A DNA stretch of 63,947 bases, the filler included, from Octopus bimaculoides (Eukaryota): the NCBI RefSeq assembly GCF_001194135.2. It is 5 parts of 5 records of this genome, joined end to end, with 100 filler letters (N's around TTAATTAATTAA, not from the genome) between each part and the next. Parts side by side here need not be neighbours in the genome. Positions count along the whole stretch, not along the records: positions 1 to 8,135 come from NC_068983.1; positions 8,236 to 13,859 come from NC_068981.1; 3 more parts are not named here. One strand, given 5' to 3'. Below, in pieces: positions 1 to 12,659 of the stretch (positions are counted from its first letter, which is position 1; the number at the start of each line of letters is the position of its first letter). The notes under the pieces were generated by a model. It was given only the letters and a program-made list of their open reading frames with translations, did no database searches and was not told the DNA's origin. The translations under genes were made by a program, and so were the position numbers.

Positions 1-375
1 TATATATATATATATATGTATGTAAATATATGCATATATATACATATATATAAATAGGTGTAATGAACATATTTATGTATAAGTATATATACTATACATC
101 ATTTATGTACGTATGTATGTATGTATGTATATATCTATGTATCCATGTATTTACGTATGTGAATACCTATTCATTTCTTTGAGTTAGCACTGCGTATTCA
201 TAAATGTGTAATTGTGTGCAGATGACATGTACACATATTAGTAAATGTGACGGTGCCTAATGCATGTCCGAGAATGCGTGTGTGTATGTGGGTATTTTGA
301 GCATGATTATGAGACAAATAAAATCGTCACCTAGACACACTAATATGTATGTACATAAGTAGAAATGTATATGCA

Positions 376-427
<52 letters not shown>

Positions 428-1689
428 TTGATGTCAATCATTAGATATATATGTATACAATAGATCCTTGTAGGCAGATTGATCTATGCGGTAAGAAGCT
501 TCTTTCTCAATCACANNNNNNNNNNNNNNNNNNNNNNNNNNNNNNNNNNNNNNNNNNNNNNNNNNNNNNNNNNNNNNNNNNNNNNNNNNNNNNNNNNNNN
601 NNNNNNNNNNNNNNNNNNNNNNNNNNNNNNNNNNNNNNNNNNNNNNNNNNNNNNNNNNNNNNNNNNNNNNNNNNNNNNNNNNNNNNNNNNNNNNNNNNNN
701 NNNNNNNNNNNNNNNNNNNNNNNNNNNNNNNNNNNNNNNNNNNNNNNNNNNNNNNNNNNNNNNNNNNNNNNNNNNNNNNNNNNNNNNNNNNNNNNNNNNN
801 NNNNNNNNNNNNNNNNNNNNNNNNNNNNNNNNNNNNNNNNNNNNNNNNNNNNNNNNNNNNNNNNNNNNNNNNNNNNNNNNNNNNNNNNNNNNNNNNNNNN
901 NNNNNNNNNNNNNNNNNNNNNNNNNNNNNNNNNNNNNNNNNNNNNNNNNNNNNNNNNNNNNNNNNNNNNNNNNNNNNNNNNNNNNNNNNNNNNNNNNNNN
1001 NNNNNNNNNNNNNNNNNNNNNNNNNNNNNNNNNNNNNNNNNNNNNNNNNNNNNNNNNNNNNNNNNNNNNNNNNNNNNNNNNNNNNNNNNNNNNNNNNNNN
1101 NNNNNNNNNNNNNNNNNNNNNNNNNNNNNNNNNNNNNNNNNNNNNNNNNNNNNNNNNNNNNNNNNNNATATATATATATATATATATATACATATACTTA
1201 TATGGGTACAGGACGTCACCCACAGTAAACAACATGAAATACGAAAACATGATTTCAATACGCAAACAACGAGAGAAACAAATGGAAAACAGGACAATTA
1301 ACACAAAGAACGACCATTTATCAGGTGTCGGCCGTCTATCTACTTCTCATTTCGAACATTGTACGAAAATATGAGAAGACAGTTGTTCCCATAGGTACCA
1401 AAATAAATTTTGGGATTTATGTAGGGTCAAATTTGGGAACAAAAACAGAACAGTTGAGATATACAAGGAAATCGAACGAAAACAAACATCGAAGATTGTT
1501 AGACCAGAACGAGGTTAAAATAGCGAACGCTGGAGGAAAATTCTCTTTGAAAAGAGAAAATATAGAAGAGAGAGATAGAATATGTCCAGTACTTAGGACA
1601 ATCCTGAAGGAAATGAAAGATGATTGCGTGAGGACAAAAAAGATGGACGGCAAAAATATCAATTCTGTAGACGAATTTTTCGTCACGGA

Positions 1690-1853
1690 CAAGTGTATTT
1701 TGGAACAGGGGGCTTGCAAGTCTACCAGTTAGAATGAAGCGCATTGTAGAAAACGAAGGAGAGTATATTTTAGATTAAAAAAGAACTTTATCTTAATTTT
1801 GAAAAATAAAAGAAGTATACAAGAAACCGCATTATTAATGGGATGACCCAATA
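1690..1853 (+). mobile_element. mariner transposase 3' end plus right terminal inverted repeat (relic)
   Basis: 1698-1778 reads FWNRGLASLPVRMKRIVENEGEYILD*, typical of a mariner C-terminus. It is followed by ...GCATTATTAATGGGATGACCCAATA, a mariner-type TIR ending at TA. Confidence 0.7.
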
Positions 1854-1982
1854 TATATGTATATATGTGTGTGTGTATGTTTGGGTGTGTGTTTGTGTAT
1901 GTGTATACATCCATTTATTACTATATGTGCCCATATTCTGTCTAAAAACGGTCTCATTAGTGATATGTAGTGCTTTATTACT

Positions 1983-1983
1983 A

Positions 1984-2024
<41 letters not shown>

Positions 2025-2065
2025 GAGAAAAAGAGAAAGAGACAGAGGTAAATCTGAGAGAAAAG

Positions 2066-2122
<57 letters not shown>

Positions 2123-2150
2123 GTAGATAGATAGATAGATAGATAGATAA
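1983..2150. repeat. compound (AG)n/(GACA)n/(GATA)n microsatellite
   Basis: Read directly from the sequence. Confidence 0.95.
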
Positions 2151-3824
2151 AGACTGATAGCATTCATGAAAGGGAAAGTGATTGATTTTATATGTATCAT
2201 ATGTTTACATCTAAGTGCATGAACATGTATAAGGTTATGTATTTGTGTGTACACACACACACACACACACANNNNNNNNNNNNNNNNNNNNNNNNNNNNN
2301 NNNNNNNNNNNNNNNNNNNNNNNNNNNNNNNNNNNNNNNNNNNNNNNNNNNNNNNNNNNNNNNNNNNNNNNNNNNNNNNNNNNNNNNNNNNNNNNNNNNN
2401 NNNNNNNNNNNNNNNNNNNNNNNNNNNNNNNNNNNNNNNNNNNNNNNNNNNNNNNNNNNNNNNNNNNNNNNNNNNNNNNNNNNNNNNNNNNNNNNNNNNN
2501 NNNNNNNNNNNNNNNNNNNNNNNNNNNNNNNNNNNNNNNNNNNNNNNNNNNNNNNNNNNNNNNNNNNNNNNNNNNNNNNNNNNNNNNNNNNNNNNNNNNN
2601 NNNNNNNNNNNNNNNNNNNNNNNNNNNNNNNNNNNNNNNNNNNNNNNNNNNNNNNNTATATATATTTATATATATTTGTGTGTGTGTGTGTATACATATA
2701 TGTGTATATGCATATATAAATATAAACATACAAATATGCATGTGTATATTTAAGTATATATAAATATTTACACATTTATATATATATATGTATATATATA
2801 CATACATATTTATGTATTTTATATACATATATATGAGTGTGTGTACATACAGACTTACACACGCACACACTTTTATATACACACACAAATACATAATATT
2901 AGTGAAAATATTATTTTTACCATTTCGTCATCATTATTATTATTATTATTATTATTATCATTATTATCATTGTTATTATTATTATTATTATTACTATTAT
3001 TATGCACTCATACATTTAGACCCTCCCTGACAATCTACTTTCTATTAACTCCGGCGTAAATCATGTTTCGTTTTCATCTCATGCATTCCCGCCCATACAT
3101 ATATTTTTTTACAGAAAGGTACGCACATGCACTTGCGTATCCATACACACATATGAAAACACATGCACGCAGATACACGTACACACACACACATTGACAA
3201 ACATACTCACGCATGCACCTGAATGCACACATTCACTCACTCATGCGTTCGCATGCACATGCACATTTGCTTTTGTGAAAAGCAAGCCTCTTACTATGTC
3301 TAAATACGAACATTTCTATTCATTTGATATCTGGTTTTTCACTTATTAATAATTATGATGCTTCATTCATATACAATTCCTGTATATCTTGCTTCATATA
3401 TATTACACTTCCGTATGTAGCAGTTTAGAGAGCAAATTCTAATGAGAGCCGAAGCCTTATGTATTTAAATGTGTACATGTAGCACGAATCAAACACTATA
3501 TGTAACATATTGTAAGATAACTCATATGTTAGACTACAAAATTTATGCCACGGTTTATTCTCATGAACATTACATAGTTTAAAGCTTTACAAACTGAATA
3601 AGTATCATATCACTTATCATCTTCCTTGGCCGCTGTAAGGAAACAGTCATGGTAAATACGGGCAAATACGAAGTCAAGTCAGTCACTCTCACCAAAATAT
3701 ATATATTTTTTTTTGGCTGCATTGCCTTCAGCGTTCGTGTGATAAATGGTGTTGCTCTTCAAGTTATGTAACCTAGGTTGAACTTTAATCGTTCCTGCTT
3801 TCTTTCTTTTGTTACAGAGTAAAC

Positions 3825-4824
3825 ATGGCCGCTCTGCTGACAGTGTGCAACAAGGAAGAACAGAAGCCAGTGCTCCAATTTCTCTCGTGTGAAGATGTGA
3901 CAGGCGTTGAAGCTCATCGGAGGCTTTCAGTACAACATAAGGGAACAACGCTCTGTGTGTCGAAGTTTTATAATGGCCGGACAAACATGAATCAAGAGGA
4001 GAGTGCAGAACGCCCATTAATCTCTACCACTGATATGAAGATACAACAAGTTCCAAACATGGTTCTGGCGAACCTACAACTGACCGTCTATGAGGTGACA
4101 TGTTCTTTGTAAATTTGTCGTGAATGTGCATACAAAATCGTACTCGAGTCTGTGCAAGCTGTGTGTGAAGAGAACTTAGCGAAGGGCATATGGGCAACCG
4201 TGTGGTAATATCTATCAGAGTTTACACGACCGCTACAACGATGAAAGTAAAGAGAGAATAGTCACAGGAGATGATAGTGGATCCATCACTTTGAACCAGA
4301 ATCCATAAGGCAGACTATGAAGCTGAAACATTCCGGAAAATCAACCTTCCACAGAATACTTCGTGCTAAGTGTTTTGTGGGGGCGCAAAAGTGGCCATTG
4401 CTGGAACATTACCCCGAAAAGGGATCTACAGTTACCGGTGTATGCTGCAGTGAAACACTAGCCAACAATCTGAAACCAGCAATCTGAAACGCCGAGGTCT
4501 AATGTCAAAGCAAGTCTTATAGCTGCACGACAATGCACGCCTACATACAGTCGCCTACTCCGTCGGAACCATTGAAAAATTGAGTTTCGAGTGGCTGGTA
4601 CATCCTGCATAAAGTCCAGATCTTTCCCCTTCCGGTAACCACCTCCTTGGATCGCTCAAACATTCTTTACGAGGTCGTCGATTCATTACGGCCAAAGAAG
4701 TGCAGGAAGCGGTGCATAAATAGCTGCTCGCCCTGCAGCAAACCTTCTTCTGTGATGGAATAGCAAGCAAGTGGACCTCTGGAAGAAGTGCAGAGAAAAG
4801 CAAGGTGATTACATCGAGAAATGA
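3825..4824 (+). mobile_element. degenerate near-full-length mariner transposase (pseudogene)
   Basis: HTH-type N-terminus MAALLTVCNKEEQKPVLQFL...GVEAHRRL, then LHDNARLHT, HPA*SPDLSPSGNHL (compare YSPDLAPSDYHL) and terminal KQGDYIEK*. Contains stops and frameshifts; TIRs not found. Confidence 0.9.
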
Positions 4825-6559
4825 TGTAATTCTTCAACCGCTGCTTTTGTTTTAATAAATTATAGAAATGACAACTTATTTACACTTGATTACTTATTTA
4901 CACATCAAAAGCATAAGCAACATTGATCCAAGGAAATAACTTAATGGGGCTGTGTAAACGGCTAGATATAGTAACTACATCTCTCGAACAATGTACCCAA
5001 CCTCCGGGGGAAAACGAAGGTCGCATGGGGTAATATCTTCCTTGATATGCAATCTCCGAGAAAGAGAGGGAAAATTTACTTGTTTTCGAAGCCAGAACTG
5101 ACCAGTTGTTGATCAATAATAAATATATCAAAAACAAAAACCTGAAATTATGGCACAAAGAGATTAAGCTAACCTTTTTAAATACTAACGAATGACTCTA
5201 TCGTCAGACCGCAGATGTTGCTCACACAGTAGAATGACGCTCATATGCTAAAGAAAAGGATATTCTTATTGTAACGCGAAATAAAACGAAGCCTACCATT
5301 TTTGTCATAATTTAACTGGTGCGATTTGTGTTGACTTACATATCAGAAACGCCACGTTCTTTCAGTTGTGTTCATAAATATGCTTATAAGTTTTTATATA
5401 TATTCCTTTTTGAATATTGTTAAATTCTATATTCCATAAATATTTCTACATAAATAAATTCATTTATTTCACCTGAGCCACAGAGTAATCAGCGTGTAAA
5501 GATAATGACGAATGTGTATAACCATTACTGTTTCGATTCCCAGTTGAAGCCATTTCACTTGACAGCCATCATTATATTCCTCATGAACGTAAAGTCCTCA
5601 TAAAATCCAGTGTATTCCTCACCTCGTTCAATAAATTCATATTATCCAGCAAAGAAACATGAGCAGGTTTCTTTTAGTTCCTTCGATTAAGCAGAAACAG
5701 AAGTCACAACTTCAAATCATATTTTAACGTCTCAAATAATGCGGTTTGCGTTGAATTTAGTAGACGACCGAAATATAAAACAACAAAATAAAGAATGCGA
5801 GGCGATGGTCGAGGTCGGAAAACTCTCGATAATAGATCTACATCTTCAGTACAGACAGCGACAACGATAACAGTAAGACACACCTTGCATCTAATCAAAT
5901 ATAACCAATAAATTATTTGGTATTATTTGGTATTTGCCACCTGATATTTCCACTTCGTAGTTTTCTTTCCGCCGTCGTCCATTTTACGAATGGCTTCTGT
6001 TTACATTTAGTGTCATCAGTGTTTAAACTTCTGTATTTATTTACGTATTTATTTACTTCATTTGTCATAGTCGGCACTTTGTTCCGCGAGACAAATGTTG
6101 GCTATTATTTAATGTCGATCACTGTAATAAATCCGATGGTTTAAGCAAACCAATATAAGACACACTATTAAGTCTCTCAAAATGTTTAAAATAGCACCCA
6201 GAGAACATGCAATCGTCTTAAAGAGTAGAGGATATATTAAACAGTATAGACCTATGTACAACATTTGTAAAGCGAGTTTGGTGTGGCTGGAACACATGTG
6301 AAACGTGTGTTCATTGAATGCCAACTAAAGATTAACAACAAAAACAACGATAGCTACAATTAAATAACCAAATATCAACAAGTATGGAGGAATATGTTTA
6401 TTTAACCTCCCAAAATAGCATTCAAATATCCTCAAACACGAAATGGACTATCTCTAAAAACATTACTTCTGTCCTTGCGTAGCAACTGTTATTTCTTCTA
6501 TGTTTGCCCTTAGAAAGTATGAAAAATTGCTAATGTTTCCTTCGGATTTTGCTTTGGTC

Positions 6560-6745
6560 ACATTTATTCAACCTCAAAAGAATCCCTCTTAACACATGGC
6601 TATGATACTCTCACACTCCTCATGATCAGAGATATACACATTGTCAGCAACTAAGGGAGGTGCTCAACTGGTTAAATTTAAGAGTCAAGTAACTAACAAT
6701 CAAATCTGTGGTATTGAGTAGACTATTTGCTGTAACGATATTTCT
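6560..6745 (+). repeat. unclassified interspersed repeat, diverged copy of the element at 63530-63920
   Basis: AACACATGGCTATG..TGATCAGAGAT..GTCAGC.ACTAAGGGA..TGCTCAACTGGTTAA..CAAATCTGTGGTATTGAG matches the reverse complement of about 63625-63780. Confidence 0.75.
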
Positions 6746-7801
6746 GCTTCAGCAACTCAGCACTGAATGCGTTTGAAATGTAATGGAAAATAACTTAGTT
6801 TCAAAGAAATTGATGTCCAGGTCACAAAAGCAAAATTTGAAGGGAATAGTAGTCATTTCCTTGCATTTTTTGATAGAAACAAAAAGGAAATAACACATAT
6901 TGGCCAAAGACCAAAAATATATTAAAAAATATGTAACAGTGATTTAAGCCATGACTTATGCGGCCCACTTCTTGATAAAGCTTGCCTAAACATATGTTTA
7001 ACAGTAGTTGCTCAGGTTTAATCTGGGCCTAAAGAACTATAACACAAAGCCATTGCTTGTAAATTGCTGATATTTATTTTAGTGATTAGGTCCCGCCATT
7101 GTATCCGCCCTCGTTCCTATAATTCTCTTGTACGTCATTTTATTGGTGGGTGGCTTATATTTATTTAATTATATTGACATCTTCATGCTTATTTCTCTAT
7201 CTTGTTTTTATTATATCTTTGATGCTGTCTTTATAATGTAATTCTGTCATCGATGTCGTCACCATTGTTCACATTTTGCTCTTATTAATGTTTTTGTTGG
7301 TTGTGGTGACGATGATGATGATGATGATGATGTGGTGTTGTTGTGGTTGTTGTTGTTGATGGTGATGCTGATGGTGGTGGTGGCGCTGCTGGTCGTCGTC
7401 ATCGTACTATAAGTTGTTGTTTTTGTGGGCGGCGGCGGCGGCGGCGGGAACGGCAGTAGTGATGGTGAAATAATTAGGAATAGGTGGAGGGGAGGAGGAT
7501 GAAAAGGAGGAGGAAGAAGAAGAAACGGAAGAAGATGTGGAGGAAAACAAGAAGAAAGTGATGGAAGTGTAGGCTGCTTTCCGAGATGATAATATTAATA
7601 ACGATGTGGGTTTTCGTTCTAATTATCGTTACACATTTCTCTGCGCTTCTGTGTTCCACAGACCGCGAAAAAAATGACAAGTATAATATAATAGAATCTA
7701 TGATAATCATAATGACAAGCACCATATAATGATGATCGGGACGATGATGATGATGATGATGATGATGACGATGATGATGATGATGATGATGATGAATATA
7801 A

Positions 7802-8115
7802 TCTATATATATAAAAATGAGAATGTCTGTATGTCTGTCTGTCTGTGTGAATCCCTAAAACTCGAGAACTACGCAACCAATTTCATTCAAATTTTACACA
7901 TGCCTTACTTAGAGATCCAGTTGTGTTTTAGTCAAAAACAATTTTAACTTCTTGCAGAGTTCGAGCCCACAGCAACATAATATCTTCTCCACTATTTAAG
8001 TATTACGTGTCAAAAGTGAAACAAAAACACTCATGTCAAATACTTTCACTTTAAAAATGAAACTATTCTACTAACTGAAACAATCACATTTCGATACTGT
8101 AATGACAGATACTTT
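7802..8115 (+). mobile_element. 5' part of a putative non-autonomous Helitron-like element
   Basis: Starts A|TCTATATATATAAAA, then (GTCT)n and ...CAACCAATTTCATTCAAATTTT, like Helitron/HINE 5' ends. The 3' hairpin/CTRR end is not visible because of the gap. Confidence 0.5.
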
Positions 8116-8135
8116 CAGAGAGAGAGAGAGAGAGA

Positions 8136-8235
8136 NNNNNNNNNNNNNNNNNNNNNNNNNNNNNNNNNNNNNNNNNNNNTTAATTAATTAANNNNNNNNN
8201 NNNNNNNNNNNNNNNNNNNNNNNNNNNNNNNNNNN
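8136..8235. other. 100-bp assembly spacer (N45-TAATTAATTAA-N44)
   Basis: Same design as the spacers at 13860, 39223 and 57813. Confidence 0.95.
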
Positions 8236-8279
<44 letters not shown>

Positions 8280-8329
8280 GTATATATATGTGAATGTGTA
8301 CCTTTTGTCTTTGTTTGATCCCTTCATCA

Positions 8330-8448
8330 CGGCGTGATAACAGGTTTTAGTTTGTTTACGTCTCCGTAACAATACAGTTCGGCATTAATCGATAAACACT
8401 TCTAGGTAGTGCCCCAACATGGCCGCAGTCTAACGACTGAAACAAAAC
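8330..8448 (+). mobile_element. 3' tail fragment of an OR/CORE-type SINE
   Basis: ...TTTACGTCTCCGTAAC...CCAACATGGCCGCAGTCTAACGACTGAAACAA matches the family 3' end seen at 34976-35100 (reverse complement). Confidence 0.7.
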
Positions 8449-9734
8449 AAGTTAATATTATATGTATATATTAAAGTTTCCATAACTGTGGATTTGAATT
8501 TGAGTGAAAGTCTTGAGTATGTGTTTATGACATATTTGTTTATGTATCTTAGTCATAATACGAAAAACGAAGCACGGTAGAGAATCATCTGGAAGAATTG
8601 TACCTTTCTGGAAACTATTTTGTGGCGAATTAAATGTATTAACAATGAAATTGGGAAATTAATCATGTACTTGCTTCATTTATTAGACTGCGGCCAAGCT
8701 CTAAAACAGTCTGAAAAGATGACCGCAAGTGTAATTTTAAGTCTTGTAGAAATGCACTCGGTAACCTTTTGCAGAATTCCTACCTTACCGAGATGTACAG
8801 AATCCAAACCAATATTGGTTGTTAAGTAGTGAGGAACAACTAAAAGATGCATACGCACACAAAACGCACACACAGACACACACACACACACACACACACA
8901 GACACACACATATACACACGCACTCACACGCATACACACACTCACACACACATACACAGATGCACACACAAGCACACATACCGAATTCCATATGTGTGTG
9001 CGTGTGTGTAAAAAGCGATGTCCAATATGTTGTAGTTGTGAACACGAATCAGCATGGTTGCAAAGCTAACGTCTTAACCACGCAGCCATGGCAGCACCTC
9101 TACTAATAAATTTATGCTGTTAAAAATATCTGATGGTAACGAAAAATTTTTTGTTAGGGGAATTCATCTTCGAATAGCTTTCATTAGATTTTCGTCATCG
9201 TAATCTACTCTTTTTCGAATTATTTTTATAGTCTTGATTAACCTATTAATGCTGTCTTTATTAAATATGCCAGCAAAATCTATTAAGTGAAGCTATGTAT
9301 TTTTATTAGTGATTAGTCATATTGTTAAGTCTCAGGAGAAATGTAGTGGACTTACATTAGAGACGTTGCTGAATTTAGAACTGTATAAGTTGTCGGTATA
9401 ATTGGCAACATTGGAATCAAAATGGAATGATAGATCTGATTTACCAAAATCTACCCAAGAAACAGCCACACTCGACTTTGGACATATTATTTTCTTTAGC
9501 AATGACGGAATGTATGATAAGTACGAGTTAAATTTCCATTAAGCTTAATAGAAGAAAATTGGATAGCCTTGGAAAAGAGTAATTGGTGTGAAAATTGTGC
9601 GGTTGGCTAATAGTCAAGTAGCAAATTTATAATATTTCTTTCTCGAGAGTCGCTCACATAAACTTCGTAGTACCTAGGTGAAATACAAGAGGAGCTTAGC
9701 CTTGCTGTTACAAGCAGAGCGGCTGTGCCTTCTA

Positions 9735-10450
9735 AAGTCGTAGTATTTCTCTGACTACCACTTCTGAGTTTTTCCAGACGTATAGCAGGAAGCCGAATCC
9801 TACTGCAGCACACATGAACCTCCAGCAGCAACTCTCTCTAGTCAGGTTTTGACAACAGTCTCCAGCAGATTCACACAGTCATAGTCATCTTAACTGAGCC
9901 AAAGGGGTTGTTCAAAAATGTGGGCTGGCATGACGTTCCCCACGCGGGAGATACGCCCAAAGGTCATCACACTTGGAACAACACACGAATAATAGGTCAC
10001 ATGCTATTCTGGGATTTGTGCAACTAGTGCTGGCAGAAGTTGTTTTCATTGAGAATACCCAGATCATCTCCAGCCCAGCAAGATGCCTCAACTTGTTCAG
10101 GAGGTTCTTTGCCTTAGTCAAACGGTTCTCCTTGGCCTTGATTGTCCTAATTCTTCCCTTGCATGTCTTGTACGAATGATATCAAGAGTCTTCATTCAGA
10201 GACATCTTTACCCTGGTGATTCCAGCACACATGTCTCTCGCCAAATCCTAAATTCCCTTATCAGATCTTCTATCACCTTGTTCTGAAGTTGTTGGAGGAA
10301 CTCTGCGAACGCAGTTAGAACAAACGGACCGCCTATCGTGTTCTTTCCTGCTGGCCACTTCTTTGTAGACGCTGTTGCAGCGGTCCAGTGTCCGAACATT
10401 GAGCAGCTGTCACGATATCAGCATTTTGTTACGCGGCGCGAAACTTTTTA
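9735..10450 (-). mobile_element. degenerate Tc1/mariner-superfamily transposase, maT (DD37D)-like
   Basis: Minus-strand frames give KEVASRKEHDRRS, EFLQQLQNKVIED, LARDM..KMSLNEDS*YHSYK..KENRLTKAKNLLNKLRH, IWVFS/NENNFCQH*LHKSQN, VMTFGRISRVGNVMPAHIFEQ, LLETVVKT*LERVAAG, VLQ*DSASCYTSGKTQKW*SEKYYDF. The third catalytic motif is missing. Confidence 0.85.
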
Positions 10451-10799
10451 TTCCAATTACCCATCAAAATCCAATATTTTCAGCTTCTGTGTCTTCTCGT
10501 CGACAGCCCTCCTGCCTAATCGCGTACAACAACACTCATCTGCCAATTTACCGATATAATGGACGGTAAATGTAATTAATCACTACCAAAGTTTGAAAAA
10601 AAAACAATGTTTGATAAACATGTCTCTTCTTACTCCCCCCACTGTTTCACGAGTAGCTGAAATGCAGCAGGAGAATCGGCGACCAGGAGATACAGCACCA
10701 AAAAATCATCGAACCATCTCTCACGGCCACTAATCTCTGTAAGCCCACTCTCCTAAATACAAAATATATTGCAGAAAACTCTTGTCAACAATTAATTCT

Positions 10800-11640
10800 T
10801 CATCTATACTAACTTATCCTAGGATAGATTCAGTAGGGGCAAAAGAATCGGAGACCTATTCCTTTATGATACTGGCTTATTTTGCTAAGGCGCCGTATAT
10901 GTGTTCCATGCGGCTCTCAACTATTTTTATTTGTGAATGCATACCACAAAAGTTGAGCTCTTTACCCTCATATGGAATAACAGCGTACTCAATGTCAATA
11001 TATCATCACTAGCTCCTATGACAACTCTATCACTTTTTATAACCGGTTTCTTTTTTAGAAAAAACGAGCCACCAGTGCACAAACTAAGCAACTACTTAGA
11101 AACCTCTGCAGCTACTTAGAAACACTTTCGAATGGATCACGTCCAGTCTGTCTCCTTCAACTATTCAATCATTTAGTGTCTATACCAGTCGAGCATTTGC
11201 CCACTTTTCTAGTATTTGGATAATATATTACTGAAATCCACAAATTCACTACAAATAATAATGATCACAATCATTGCTGATCTCTTATTTAAGGCTGAGG
11301 AAAACTTTCAGCTCGGAAAGTTTATTGACTGTTTATGGAGGAGATATTGGGCACATAAAAGAATACTGCAAATAGGCATGTCTCACTCACAAATATTCAA
11401 CGCTACGTTCCGAAGAAAGCCATTCTACCGACTTGGATAATGTTTACACACATGAAAATCTATTCTACAAGTTTTCTGTCTCCATACTCTACATTTTCTA
11501 CCAGTACTTCAATGGCGTTTACTCTACGGAATTATATAAAGTATCTTCTTATCTAACTATCCGAGCTAATGACTAGTCACCATACCTAATCCTATCACTC
11601 CACACTTTGAACGTTCTGGAAAGAGCTTCCTGAAAACATG
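10800..11640 (-). mobile_element. highly decayed non-LTR reverse transcriptase relic (possibly L1/Tx1 clade)
   Basis: Weak motif echoes only: CPISPP*TVNKLSELKV (compare RPISLLN.DYK), DRLDVIHSKVF (compare FDRVDH) and VIGASDDILTL (compare YADD). Confidence 0.3.
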
Positions 11641-12160
11641 TCTCTTGTTGATGTAAAACAACAGTCATTCAACAGTTACTCAAATTGCTACTAATTATAC
11701 GTTGTATCATTAGTACCAGTATCATTAGTACATGCTAGGAAATAGTCTACCATTGCCAAGGAGATAGCTCTTTCCGCCTGATTTTCCGCCTTTAAAAATA
11801 ATGTGAACGTAATGAATGTAGCAGTTAATGTTAAACTTTTGATGGTGAACAATTGGTGAGGAAGGTAATAAAAGTCATAAAAGTCTTTTTAAACCTTCCT
11901 TTTTCTGGTAAAATATAATATATATATCGTTCACTGAAGGCTTCAGGTTACTTTTTATGTGAAATTACGTTCATTTAGGGTTTGGGGTTGTGAAATAATA
12001 TGAAAACTGAGAAAGGGAGATCAAAGTTACGAGTGGATTAATGGGAGAGACAACGTTTCACAAATGGAAAGAGGAAGTAGATGCAGTCGACCTTAGGGAA
12101 AGCTATCAGTATGTTATGCTATCTAATAGAAAGGATAAACACAAGAAATAGTAAAAGTAG

Positions 12161-12220
<60 letters not shown>

Positions 12221-12470
12221 AGTATACATATACATATATATANNNNNNNNNNNNNNNNNNNNNNNNNNNNNNNNNNNNNNNNNNNNNNNNNNNNNNNNNN
12301 NNNNNNNNNNNNNNNNNNNNNNNNNNNNNNNNACTTTATCGTGCAGTTACTGTTAACACCTCGTTCAGAGATTTAACATTGCTTGTTTTCACTTTTTTGA
12401 TATCAGTGAATAACTTCACTGGAAAAAGACTTATATATTGCCAAGGGATTGTCATTCTCATCGAAGGTCG

Positions 12471-12529
12471 GCGATTATCGTACGCTGAAGAAGGGAAATA
12501 ACCCTGAAACTCGGGTCCGTACGTATCGC
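12471..12529 (+). ncRNA. type I hammerhead ribozyme
   Basis: Stem I CGTACG (12479-84) pairs with CGTACG (12518-23), extended by GCGAT/ATCGC. Core CUGAAGA at 12485-91; stem II AGGG/CCCT; GAAA at 12506-09; stem III AC-TCGG-GT; predicted cleavage after GUC at 12517. Confidence 0.85.
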
Positions 12530-12659
12530 AGATCAAGATGGGAAGGATAACTTCCCTTGGCAAAAATAGACAGGACACAGATATGTGTCGATAAGCCAGC
12601 TGGAGGAGATGTTCTCCTGGGGCTAAAAGCAACAGTAACATCCACCCTTAGGGGTCAGC

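Noticed and set aside
1325-1690. 135-aa ORF upstream of the mariner end
   Set aside because: No recognisable domain. Probably decayed transposon or unique filler; not supportable as a CDS.
3430-3470. CTAATGAGAGCCGAAGCC, resembling a decayed minimal hammerhead
   Set aside because: Two core mismatches and no convincing stem I.
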